Part shown: one piece after another, positions 43,179 to 52,762 of the stretch | Layout of the letters: the number at the start of each line of letters is the position of its first letter | How positions within the stretch are numbered: position 1 is the first letter of the stretch | DNA from: Desulfomonilia bacterium | GTDB lineage: Bacteria > Desulfobacterota > Desulfomonilia > UBA1062 | Reading direction: 5' to 3' | NCBI GenBank assembly: GCA_963664325.2 | Contig: CAXXDQ010000004.1 | Coordinates: 256,001-320,000, forward strand | DNA length: 64,000 bases | Notes under the pieces: generated by a model | The model's database searches: none | The model's input: only the letters and a program-made list of their open reading frames with translations | Told to the model about the DNA's origin: nothing | Made by a program: the position numbers and the translations under genes

Positions 43179-45484
43179 TGAAAGATAACAAGACTCCGGT
43201 TAAGGTAATGCTAGGCGCTTTAGTATACCAGTTCAGGGTTTTGGTCCTAGCGGCAGTTTTAATCATATGCGCCCTTTGCATGGTATTTCTCAAGGACGTA
43301 AAACTTGACGAAGACCCGATGGCAAGTATGTATCCTGACGGAAACCCTTTCCTTAAAGGACTCAAGCCTATTGAAAAAATGGCTCCCAGAACCAATATGC
43401 TTGTCTGCCTGCTCAAAGCGAAAAACGGCGATATCTACAATACCGCGGCGATCAATAAGATAGATGAAGTGACAAAGGCCCTGATGGACTGTGAGGTGAT
43501 AAATCCGACCTCGGTAACTTCGCTTACGAAGGGGATGGATAATTATATATTCACGGCAAACGGCCTTAACATCGCATCGGTCATGGGAAGTTCCTGGCCG
43601 GAAACTCCCGCACAGTTTGAAGAGCTCAAGGAGAGAGTCGCCACAAACCCGATGGGGCCCGGCAAATACGTATCCTATGACGGCAAGGCGGTTATGATAA
43701 CGGCGAACCTTGTGAGCGTTGAGCAGATGGCTCAGTCTACCTGGCAGCTCCTCGACGACAAACAGAAGGCCGGAAGGACCTTTGAAAAATACAAGGCTGA
43801 TGCAGAGGGTGAATTCGATCCGAAGCTGATGAAAAAACTCGATGAATTGAAGAAGAAAGTTAATGATAAGAATTATGAGCTCCTGTTCATGGGTGAAGAG
43901 GTCATCAAGGCCGACATGACAAAGATGGGCATGACGCAAATGCCCGTTGCCGGCGGATTGATGTTTGCCCTGATGATAGTGCTGGCAGCAGTCTATTTCA
44001 GGAGCTGGCAGGCGGTGCTGATCTCGATAATCGCCATGATATTCCCTGCGGGCGCAGGACTCGGCCTCTTCAGCCTTTTCGGCGGAAGTCTAAATCCGAT
44101 GGCGGTTCTGTTCCCGCTCACGATTGCAATAACGAGTGTGGCGGCTTCGGTACTGGTGATGGATGGCTACTACAGGGCCGTGTCAGAAGGAAGCGACAGG
44201 ATATCGGCTGTCATGGCATCATGGGGTAAGGTTCCTGCAGGACTGGCAATCGCCGCGATATCCTTTCTTGCGCTCCTGGCCACAAAAGTTCTGATGTTAA
44301 GGGTACTTGGTATTCTTGGCGCAATAAGCTTTGTGATGGTGATTGCCGTAACATGCCTCGCGGTGCCTGCAATTGCCTCGATCCTGCCTCAGCCAAAAAA
44401 CAAGCCCCGCGCCTGGGAAGGTATTTCTTCAGCGCTTTCCCCTGCAGGAAGAATCAGGTACCTCGCAATTGCCGTTCTGGCCTTATTGTTAGCCCTCGGC
44501 GTCTTCTCGGTCTATACGATCAAGCCTGGAGACAATACCCCGGGGTCATCATACCTCTGGTATTCGAATCAGTGGAACAAGGCTTTCAATCTCTTTACGC
44601 AAAAATTCATGGGCCCGAATCAGCTCCTCGTCTATGTAAAGGCAAAAGAAGAAGGCGGGTTGTGTAAACCGGAAGCCCTACAGGATATAAGCGCTTTCAG
44701 CAATTTCCTGAAATACCGCTCTGGGGCCAAAGACTCAATCGCCTTTGATTACATGATCCAGATGGCCCGTTACACCATGAGCGACGGCAGTCCGAAGTGG
44801 CAGACTCTGCCGGAGACGGACCGAGAGGGGAAGGGCCTTGGCGGTACGGTGACCGAAAACAGCGATGTAAAGGAATTCATAGACCCTACATACACACAGG
44901 CGACCATATCACCGTTTTTTCCTTACAGGGACAGTGAAAGCATAAACGAATATGCAAGACTGATGCAGAATTATATTGATGCGCATCCGTCGGAATCGGT
45001 TTCATTCAGGCTTGGAGGCAGTCTGCTCGGTATGGTGAAACTGATAAATGACGGGATTGAAGGCAGCTACAAAATAATCCTTGCGGCAATGGCGACAATA
45101 ATTCTGATCCTTTCCATACTCCTGCTCCGATCATTCAAAACAGGCGTTTCTTATTCTGTCATTGTAATGGTTTCAACGATGGCCGTTTCCATGAAGCTGG
45201 CATTCTGGGGGATGCCTTTGTCCCTGCCCTTTGTTGCAGTGGCGGCTGCAGGAACGGGCGCCGCTGCCACCATGGCTGCAACTGCTCTGGAAAATACTAG
45301 AGCCGGCGCAGTCCTGTTTTCATCCGTGCTGGTTTTACTGATGTGCCTGCCGTGGTTCTTCATAGGCATGAGGTTCCAGGCGCTCATGATAATGGGATTT
45401 GCTGTTTCTGCAATATCGGGCGGTATTCTCGCCCTGATTTTTTTACCGGTTTTGTTAATCCGTAAAAACGAGGAGGTAAGCTGA
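43175..45484 (+). CDS. MMPL/RND-family membrane protein
   Basis: Two repeats of TM + large periplasmic loop + 5 TM, in the typical DUF1329/DUF1302 operon context. Confidence 0.8.
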   Translation: MMKDNKTPVKVMLGALVYQFRVLVLAAVLIICALCMVFLKDVKLDEDPMASMYPDGNPFLKGLKPIEKMAPRTNMLVCLLKAKNGDIYNTAAINKIDEVTKALMDCEVINPTSVTSLTKGMDNYIFTANGLNIASVMGSSWPETPAQFEELKERVATNPMGPGKYVSYDGKAVMITANLVSVEQMAQSTWQLLDDKQKAGRTFEKYKADAEGEFDPKLMKKLDELKKKVNDKNYELLFMGEEVIKADMTKMGMTQMPVAGGLMFALMIVLAAVYFRSWQAVLISIIAMIFPAGAGLGLFSLFGGSLNPMAVLFPLTIAITSVAASVLVMDGYYRAVSEGSDRISAVMASWGKVPAGLAIAAISFLALLATKVLMLRVLGILGAISFVMVIAVTCLAVPAIASILPQPKNKPRAWEGISSALSPAGRIRYLAIAVLALLLALGVFSVYTIKPGDNTPGSSYLWYSNQWNKAFNLFTQKFMGPNQLLVYVKAKEEGGLCKPEALQDISAFSNFLKYRSGAKDSIAFDYMIQMARYTMSDGSPKWQTLPETDREGKGLGGTVTENSDVKEFIDPTYTQATISPFFPYRDSESINEYARLMQNYIDAHPSESVSFRLGGSLLGMVKLINDGIEGSYKIILAAMATIILILSILLLRSFKTGVSYSVIVMVSTMAVSMKLAFWGMPLSLPFVAVAAAGTGAAATMAATALENTRAGAVLFSSVLVLLMCLPWFFIGMRFQALMIMGFAVSAISGGILALIFLPVLLIRKNEEVS

Positions 45485-45486
45485 CA

Positions 45487-47313
45487 ATGAAGATCTTTAG
45501 AACCGTGATTATGATGTTTATTCTCATGTTATTCATTCAGGGGCAGGCCTATGCCATCTGGACTGATGAATCAGGTAATTACAAGCTTATAGGAAAGGTC
45601 AAGTCACAGGCGACATGGCGCACAGAGGATACGCCGGTCAACAACCCCATCCCCATAGAAAAAGGTGACCTAATAAGCCAGAGGAATCTTCTTCTTGCTG
45701 AATTCAGCGGCGATTTCGGCGATCTCGGCAAAGGCTTCAAGTCAAAGTGCTTTTTGCAGGGCAGGGCCTTTTATGACGGTGCATATGATTACGGGGCCAA
45801 AATACTGACTACTGACGGCGATTATTATGACATTAACAACCCCGACAGGCTTTACAATCAAAAATGGAAAGAGCAGACAGGGGATTATCAGAACCAAAGG
45901 CGGTATTACACCTATGACAACCGCGACCAGATCAACAGCCTGAAATGGGATGTGGACCTGTACATGGCATATATCGATTTTATGAAAGGCGGGGCATTTT
46001 GCCGGCTGGGCAAACAGGTCATGGCATGGGGGGAAATGAGTACGCTTAGAATCCTTGAAGGACAAAACCCTCTCGACACATCATCGCTTGCCGTTGACCT
46101 TCTGGAAAGGCGCATTCCGCTCTGGATGGCCCGCGCCAACTATGCATTTGCCTATGTAGGACCATTCGATTCACTGTCATTCGAAGCTTATTACGTACCC
46201 GGAAAGATAGACAATACCTATGAGGAGCCGATGATAGACGGTTCCCCTATTCTGCCCAGTATCGGCAGAGATACTGTAGATGATTATAAGGATCCTTTTT
46301 CAATGGCATCGCTCAAACTCAACATGAATCAGGTCAACAGTGACATTGACTCAGACAGGTATGGCCTTAAAGCCGGTTTTGTATTCAAGGGGCTCAATCT
46401 CAACCTTGTATATTACAGGATGTATTCTGACATACCGGTTGCAGTTATTAATTCAGATGCGCTTGAACCTGTTGTCATAACGGATATAACACAGGTAAAT
46501 CCCAAGAACCCTATGGGTTCGATACTTGGCGGTCAGCTTCTTGAAGTGGACCTTACTCGCGACAATGTCAATGTTTACGGCGGTAGTTTCAATTACCAGA
46601 TGGAAGCAATAAACACAGTATTCAGAGGCGAGTTCGCTTATTTTTCACAGGTGCCGTATATGACCCCGGGCAAGCTTTCGGATATGGTGGACCAGTTCAA
46701 CCCCAAAATAACAATATACTTCGACGGACAACCGCATGATGTTGTCTGGTTTTTAAATACATTTTACAAGAGGGACCTTGAAAACATCGATAAAATGATC
46801 TTGCCCTTTTCCACAGGCGAGGTGGAAAAATATGATGTGCTGAAGTACGGTATCGGAATCGACAAGTTCTACAATTTTTCATGGCTGGCGCCGAAAAAAC
46901 ATATCCCCGTTATTTCTGATATCATTCCCAGCGATGATGTCATGTTCAAGTTCGAATACGTAGGCAACAAGATACTCGGATGGAAGGAAGACCACCTCCT
47001 GGAACCATGGTATGAGCCATGGGATGATAATCAGGATGGCCAGTTTGATACGGTTTATTATCCCGAATATTCAAACACGTTTATATTGATTACGAGGCTT
47101 TCATATCTGACCGCGAACCTTACACCGCAGCTTGTAGTGATGTACGAGCTTGAACCAAAATCTCTGGTTTTCATACCGTCCATTGCATACACTTACAGGA
47201 ACTGGGAATTTGAAATCGATTATTTTGAATCGGGGGCAAACAACTATTCAGGTACTCTCGGCATGATGGACAAGAGGGATGAATTAAGCATTATGGTCAC
47301 CTACAATTTCTAG
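45487..47313 (+). CDS. DUF1302 family outer-membrane beta-barrel protein
   Basis: Signal peptide, RLGKQVMAWGE, NPLD..RIPLWM and C-terminal aromatic VTYNF. Confidence 0.8.
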   Translation: MKIFRTVIMMFILMLFIQGQAYAIWTDESGNYKLIGKVKSQATWRTEDTPVNNPIPIEKGDLISQRNLLLAEFSGDFGDLGKGFKSKCFLQGRAFYDGAYDYGAKILTTDGDYYDINNPDRLYNQKWKEQTGDYQNQRRYYTYDNRDQINSLKWDVDLYMAYIDFMKGGAFCRLGKQVMAWGEMSTLRILEGQNPLDTSSLAVDLLERRIPLWMARANYAFAYVGPFDSLSFEAYYVPGKIDNTYEEPMIDGSPILPSIGRDTVDDYKDPFSMASLKLNMNQVNSDIDSDRYGLKAGFVFKGLNLNLVYYRMYSDIPVAVINSDALEPVVITDITQVNPKNPMGSILGGQLLEVDLTRDNVNVYGGSFNYQMEAINTVFRGEFAYFSQVPYMTPGKLSDMVDQFNPKITIYFDGQPHDVVWFLNTFYKRDLENIDKMILPFSTGEVEKYDVLKYGIGIDKFYNFSWLAPKKHIPVISDIIPSDDVMFKFEYVGNKILGWKEDHLLEPWYEPWDDNQDGQFDTVYYPEYSNTFILITRLSYLTANLTPQLVVMYELEPKSLVFIPSIAYTYRNWEFEIDYFESGANNYSGTLGMMDKRDELSIMVTYNF

Positions 47314-47322
47314 CACATTTTA

Positions 47323-47347
47323 ACCCTCTCCCACAAAGGGAGAGGGT
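47323..47347. repeat. REP-like perfect hairpin
   Basis: ACCCTCTCCC-acaaa-GGGAGAGGGT, intergenic within the operon, with no U-tract. Confidence 0.55.
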
Positions 47348-47365
47348 GGTGTTGAAGGATATGAT

Positions 47366-49348
47366 ATGCCGAACGGCTACATGGGTAAAATTCTCTGGGT
47401 TGATCTATCGAACGGCACATTTGAAGAAGAAACTCCCCCGGAAGAGATCTACCGAAAATACCTGGGCGGATACGGACTTGGAGCATATTTCATTTATTCC
47501 CGCATTAAACCGGGTTGTGATCCGCTGGGTCCGGATAATATTCTCGGCTTTTGCCCGGGCCTTTTTACAGGCACGCCCGCACCTTTCACAGGCCGTTACA
47601 TGGTCTGCGGCAAAAGCCCGCTGACCGGCGGCTGGGGCGACGCGAATTCGGGCGGACATTTCGGTCCAGTTATCAAACAGGCCGGTTATGACGCTATACT
47701 TTTCACGGGAATTTCTGATAAACCGGTTTACCTGCTTATCGATAATGAGAGGAAAGAGCTTTGTGACGCCTCCGAATTATGGGGAACAGATATTGTCAGA
47801 ACCGAGGAAAAACTCATTGAAAGGCACGGTAAAAGTTTTAAGGTGGCGGCGATCGGCAAAGGCGGAGAGAATAAAGTTCTCTTTTCTGGCATTGTCTGTG
47901 ACCGCGGCAGGATTGCAGCAAGAAGCGGGCTGGGTGCTGTCATGGGCAGCAAGAATCTCAAGGCGCTGTGCATCAGGGGCTCGCTCAAAAGAAATTATGC
48001 GGACAGGACAAAAGCAATCGAGCTTGCAAAGGATTATAACCAGAAACTGAAACTCACCATGACCAATCCGATGATAGGAATGCTTACATCAATGTCGGAT
48101 AATTTCACATTTTTCATGCGCCTTTTTAATATCGGATTTGATATAGCAGGCAAGTTGCAGGGTATTGCTCCGCTCTTATTCAGGTATTTTTTTCACAGGT
48201 GGGGCACACCTTATGCGACTGTCATCAGCCATGAAACTGGCGACACTCCGATAAAAAACTATATCGGGGATGTCAGTGATTTTCCGAAAAGGCTATCAAA
48301 GAAGCTGAACAAGCATGCAAGCTCTCCATACAAAACAAAGGCCTTCGGCTGCTTCGGTTGTCCTGTTCAGTGCGGTGCGATTTTAACCGCTCCTCCGCTC
48401 GATTATGCGGACAAGGAGACTCACAGGCCGGAATATGAAACGATGGCTGCTTTCGGGGGGCTGATCCTCAACAATGATTTCAATACTGTTTTAAATATCA
48501 ACGAATACCTGAACCGTGAGGGAGTGGATACCATATCAGCTGGAGGCGTGGTCGCCTATGCGCTTGAATGCGTGGAAAAAGGGCTGCTGAAAAAGAATGA
48601 CTTCGAATGCAGGGAATTCCCTGACGGGTTCCTTCCCGGATGGGGAAAAGCCGAGACAATCATGCCGCTTCTGAAACTCATCGTAAACAGGGAAGGTATC
48701 GGCGATGTGCTTGCCCTTGGGGCAGGAGCGGCATCAGAAAGGATCCCCGGGTCGAAGGAATTTGCCGTAACATCGGGCGGCCAGGAACTGCCTATGCATG
48801 ATGCACGCAAAATGCCAGGGCTGATGCTGACCTATGCGGCAGACCCGACTCCGGGCCGCCATACCGCAGGAGGCGTGGATTTCCTGCTTATGGGTTCTGC
48901 CAACCGGTTTGCAAAAGGCATTTCCTTCAAGTCAGGCAAAGACCCTGATAAAAAAGGTGCGGGCCAGGCTCATGCGGTTAAATTCAAGCAGGCGTTTAAT
49001 GCTATGGGTTTCTGCGAGTTCAGTGCCTGGTGCGGGTGGTATCCCCTATGGGAGATGTTCAGGGCGATCACCGGCTGGGACATGACTCCCGAAGAACTGC
49101 TGAAAACCGGGTGGCGGATTCAGACATTAAGGCAGCAGTTCAATGCGCGCGAAGGTGCTATAAAGATTGATGTCAACAGACGCGCACTCGGCATCCCGCC
49201 TCGAAAAAACGGTGTGCACAAAAACGTTACAATCGACATTGAGCCTTTTGTTCAGTCTTATTACAAGCACATAGGATTTGACGAAAAAGGATTCCCGAAG
49301 AAGGAAACCCTTGAACTGCTGTGTCTTGCAGATTGCCTTTTAAGGTGA
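47366..49348 (+). CDS. Aldehyde:ferredoxin oxidoreductase family (W/Mo-pterin) enzyme
   Basis: GYMGKILWVDLS, KSPLTGGWGDANSGG, GLGAVMGSKNLKA, CFGCPVQC, PEYET and DTISAG. Confidence 0.93.
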   Translation: MPNGYMGKILWVDLSNGTFEEETPPEEIYRKYLGGYGLGAYFIYSRIKPGCDPLGPDNILGFCPGLFTGTPAPFTGRYMVCGKSPLTGGWGDANSGGHFGPVIKQAGYDAILFTGISDKPVYLLIDNERKELCDASELWGTDIVRTEEKLIERHGKSFKVAAIGKGGENKVLFSGIVCDRGRIAARSGLGAVMGSKNLKALCIRGSLKRNYADRTKAIELAKDYNQKLKLTMTNPMIGMLTSMSDNFTFFMRLFNIGFDIAGKLQGIAPLLFRYFFHRWGTPYATVISHETGDTPIKNYIGDVSDFPKRLSKKLNKHASSPYKTKAFGCFGCPVQCGAILTAPPLDYADKETHRPEYETMAAFGGLILNNDFNTVLNINEYLNREGVDTISAGGVVAYALECVEKGLLKKNDFECREFPDGFLPGWGKAETIMPLLKLIVNREGIGDVLALGAGAASERIPGSKEFAVTSGGQELPMHDARKMPGLMLTYAADPTPGRHTAGGVDFLLMGSANRFAKGISFKSGKDPDKKGAGQAHAVKFKQAFNAMGFCEFSAWCGWYPLWEMFRAITGWDMTPEELLKTGWRIQTLRQQFNAREGAIKIDVNRRALGIPPRKNGVHKNVTIDIEPFVQSYYKHIGFDEKGFPKKETLELLCLADCLLR

Positions 49349-49381
49349 CCTGCTCTCTACCGGTCACCCGGCCTGAAACAT

Positions 49382-50479
49382 TCATTTATAAACGCTGAAA
49401 TCAATCCCCCGGTTGTTTCCCCGCTCTTCGAACCATTCATTTTCAGTCAGAGGCGGAACGGCAATTTCCGATTCGGGTTTTCGAACAAGTTTCATTGCTG
49501 AGGCCGGACAGGTTGTTATGCATAACCCGCATCCTATACATCGTTCTTTGATAATCCCGTAAACATCTCCCGGAGCGATAGCATTAACCTGGCAGCGCTC
49601 CGAGGCGCATATACCGCAGCCGGTACAGGCATCAGTATTAATATCTGCAACATACATGGAATTCACAACCTGCGCGGCAGGGACATTAAATCTGTTGATG
49701 GACAAAAGCACTCCGCAGCAGCATGAGCAGCAGTTGCAGATAAATATTCTGCCATGCTGCAAATTGAATGTTAGATGTACCAGCGCCATATCTTCGGTTT
49801 CTTTCAGCAGTTCGTAAGCCTGTTGTCTGGTCAGGGTCCGGCCGGAGCCGTAATCTTCAAAGGCATCCGGGATCGGGGCCATTGCCATGCAGACCTGCAG
49901 GGGACGGTCGCAGGCGTGTCCGGTAAGCCTCATTTTCTTTTTACATACACAATCCATTACCTTGAATGACTGGGACTGTTCAATCAGGGCGGATATTTTT
50001 TCAAACGGTAATGCCTCGTGCACTCCCTTGATTTCTTCTTCAACAGGCAAAACCTGCATCAGTTGAGGAGTATATGCCGTGAACGATTCCTCAAAAAAGG
50101 GCTGATACTCATCGAGCAGGATTGCCATTTCCCTGTCCATTCGATCGTTTTGAAATTCAAATATCCCGAAAACCCAGGGCATCATTTTATACCAGCGGAA
50201 CTCACCGAATTTCACTGAAAAGACCTGTCCGTCTTCACGCATTGTTTCGAGGATATCCCTTGTCTGCAGCGGATCACGCCCTGTTCGCAGGGAAACCTCA
50301 TCGGCCGTCTCCATGGTGAGTCTTAATTCGCAGAACATCTCGGCCTGTTCGGGCGTGAATATTTTCTTAAGCAGCTTTATTTCGATCCCAGATTCGGTCG
50401 GAGGAAAGCCATTCGGCAGCGTATCAAGGACACGTGCAAGCTTTTTATAAATAGAATCGTTCATAAGTGGCTTCTCCAT
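49382..50479 (-). CDS. 4Fe-4S dicluster domain protein with N-terminal HTH-like region
   Basis: CVC..C..C, ICNCCSCCC and two ferredoxin motifs (CTGCGIC..RC; CIGCGLC...CP). Confidence 0.85.
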   Translation of the reverse strand: MEKPLMNDSIYKKLARVLDTLPNGFPPTESGIEIKLLKKIFTPEQAEMFCELRLTMETADEVSLRTGRDPLQTRDILETMREDGQVFSVKFGEFRWYKMMPWVFGIFEFQNDRMDREMAILLDEYQPFFEESFTAYTPQLMQVLPVEEEIKGVHEALPFEKISALIEQSQSFKVMDCVCKKKMRLTGHACDRPLQVCMAMAPIPDAFEDYGSGRTLTRQQAYELLKETEDMALVHLTFNLQHGRIFICNCCSCCCGVLLSINRFNVPAAQVVNSMYVADINTDACTGCGICASERCQVNAIAPGDVYGIIKERCIGCGLCITTCPASAMKLVRKPESEIAVPPLTENEWFEERGNNRGIDFSVYK

Positions 50480-50620
50480 ATGATTTTTGTTATGCAGTTT
50501 TATTTCTATACCTCCCCCGGAAAAGAAATAGAAGAAGATATATAGGGGTTTTCAGTTATTTCTCAAGGAAAGTTATTGACAGGCGGCAGGAAAAAAGATC
50601 CTGCCGCCATCGGATAATAA

Positions 50621-52417
50621 TCAGTTTGCTGCGGTGCCGATAAAACAGAGCCCGCTAACAGGCAGTTTTGAAGCATCAAGATCGCCTACAGCCATTTTCA
50701 TATAACAGTTTCCGGAATTGTCATATGCCACTTTGCCAGGATCTGCCCCCGTCTTTGGAAGAATGCCGTAATCTGCAAGCGGCAGACTCATGCTGATATC
50801 GGCGTTCCCGCCGGTAAAACCGGAAACAATCAGCGGGAAGTATGAGCTATGGTCAAACATGCTCATGTCCATATTGTCCTTCATGATATGAATGTGGCAG
50901 ATGTCATATTGAGGAGAAATTTTCAGATCTAGATACGAAGTCTTATTGTCAGAATGGAAACTGGCCTCGAACATTATCGTCACGTCAAGGGAAAGTTCCG
51001 TCCTCGGTCTAGGCGTGCCAGCTTCAACCTCAAAAAGCTTCAGCCGTACGTCGTTTATAGCCACCCTCTGGTTGATCATGTCGATTGCTATGCCGCCCGG
51101 GTTTATTGAAACATCCAGGTTCATGGAATTGTTAGGATCATCGGGTGAAAAGAAATCGGTAAGCTTCTGGATATCCTTTATCTCAATAGAAAAACCGTTC
51201 ATAAGCGCAGACAGCACCTGATTGAGATTATAGTCTGAAAGGGCAAGACCGATGTCTGCATTATCACCCTGCAGCATCGTCATATCCATCTTAAGCGTAT
51301 TCGTATTGTCTTCAGTCACAGCTGGCCAGATATAATTCCCATCTTTGTCTTTTTGAACAGTACCAGCCGGAGCGGCATAAAGGCCGGCACTGATTGCGGC
51401 ATTATTTTCCGTAGTCGAGTCCGGCAGCCCTTTGAGATCCAGGAACATTACCGAATCCAGCTTGAGCCCGGATAGAATCCCGGCAAGAGGGTCGTCGCTG
51501 TTAGGGTCTGTTGGACCTGCAAGACCGGATATCATGTCAGGAATATTAAATCCGAGCGCCCCAACTGAGATACCGTTTATATCAAGGCCCTTACCCAGAA
51601 TGCCTTTCAGGATTGCGCTGATTACAGTATTTAAAATACTGCCGCTGCCGCTGCCGCCGGTTATATTCTCAAGTCCAATGAACAGGCCCCTGGTATTTTT
51701 GTTCATATCGTTTATGGCGACATCACAGCCTATGCTTCCGAGATCGACATGAATGATCCCGTTCCCACCTACAGCAGGACTTAAATTCTGTATTGAAATA
51801 CCTTTTACCTGCTGGGCGATCAGGGGATTTGCAACCTTTACAGCTTGCTTGAGAAAACTTTTGCTGAGTGATATGCCTAGGCCTTTATCCACAAGCATAT
51901 CTGCAGGCGCCCCCATTCCTTCTTCGGTCCTGACAACAAATTTTTCCTTTGAAGCCAGCGCATCTTCATAAATCACCTGGATCAGTATCGGGCATGTAAG
52001 CAAATAATCAGCCGGGGCCAGCTTATATTCACAGACATAATAACCCGAATCAGGGTCCGGCAGAGCCTCTACCTGATAATCATTTCCTCCGTCGCTTATA
52101 AATACGCGCTCCGGTACGACGACACCGTCAATTTTTCTTTGAGTGACATCAATGCCGAATTTATGTTTTCCGGGTGTAAAAACATCACCGTTTGCAACCT
52201 TAACAAACTTGTAGCTTTTATCGTCTCCTGTCTGTTTCCAGACATAAAGAGTTATTGTCTGCGCATCGCTGAAGTCAACGGCTTTCACGGATGAGCCGGT
52301 ATCGTAAAAGGATTCGTCTTTTGCAAGATCTTCATTATGATTACCCCCACCGCAAGCTGAAAAGAACATTGCCATCAGACCAAAAAGAATAATTGAGAAA
52401 TAATTTTTATTCTTCAT
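50621..52417 (-). CDS. Lipoprotein with C-terminal CFI-box-like motif; possible BPI/LBP-like lipid-binding fold
   Basis: Lipobox FFSAC, terminal LCFIGTAAN and internal LALSDYNLNQVLSAL. Confidence 0.65.
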   Translation of the reverse strand: MKNKNYFSIILFGLMAMFFSACGGGNHNEDLAKDESFYDTGSSVKAVDFSDAQTITLYVWKQTGDDKSYKFVKVANGDVFTPGKHKFGIDVTQRKIDGVVVPERVFISDGGNDYQVEALPDPDSGYYVCEYKLAPADYLLTCPILIQVIYEDALASKEKFVVRTEEGMGAPADMLVDKGLGISLSKSFLKQAVKVANPLIAQQVKGISIQNLSPAVGGNGIIHVDLGSIGCDVAINDMNKNTRGLFIGLENITGGSGSGSILNTVISAILKGILGKGLDINGISVGALGFNIPDMISGLAGPTDPNSDDPLAGILSGLKLDSVMFLDLKGLPDSTTENNAAISAGLYAAPAGTVQKDKDGNYIWPAVTEDNTNTLKMDMTMLQGDNADIGLALSDYNLNQVLSALMNGFSIEIKDIQKLTDFFSPDDPNNSMNLDVSINPGGIAIDMINQRVAINDVRLKLFEVEAGTPRPRTELSLDVTIMFEASFHSDNKTSYLDLKISPQYDICHIHIMKDNMDMSMFDHSSYFPLIVSGFTGGNADISMSLPLADYGILPKTGADPGKVAYDNSGNCYMKMAVGDLDASKLPVSGLCFIGTAAN

Positions 52418-52716
52418 ACTTGCCTCCTCATGATTGAGAACCTTCCGGATATATTAATATATTTCATAATTATACTCCTTTTAAGTTTTCTATAAAACCT
52501 GTTAGGAATAAAGTGTTTTATTATTAAAATATATAAGCAATGTATATGCCTATAATAACCTATTGATATTATTAAAACCCTCTTCTATCATAAGAAATTA
52601 ATTACCTCTTTTACAGACAATTCATTTCTTATTTGGATATTCATTGAGATAAAATTTCCACACTCATTAATATACAATTATCATGTTTAACCTTGACAAA
52701 AATGAAGCTATTTGTC

Positions 52717-52733
52717 AATTGGTAAGACCATTT
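52717..52733. promoter_or_regulatory. FadR/GntR-type operator
   Basis: AATTGGT-AAG-ACCATTT, ~18 nt downstream of a TTGACA (52693-52698) and upstream of the peptidase-GntR operon. Confidence 0.65.
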
Positions 52734-52762
52734 TGTTTCAACTTCTAATACAGGAGGTCTCA

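Noticed and set aside
50582-50608. GGCGGCAGGA...TCCTGCCGCC hairpin as a terminator
   Set aside because: Good stem downstream of the lipoprotein gene, but no U-tract on the relevant strand, so function is not supportable.
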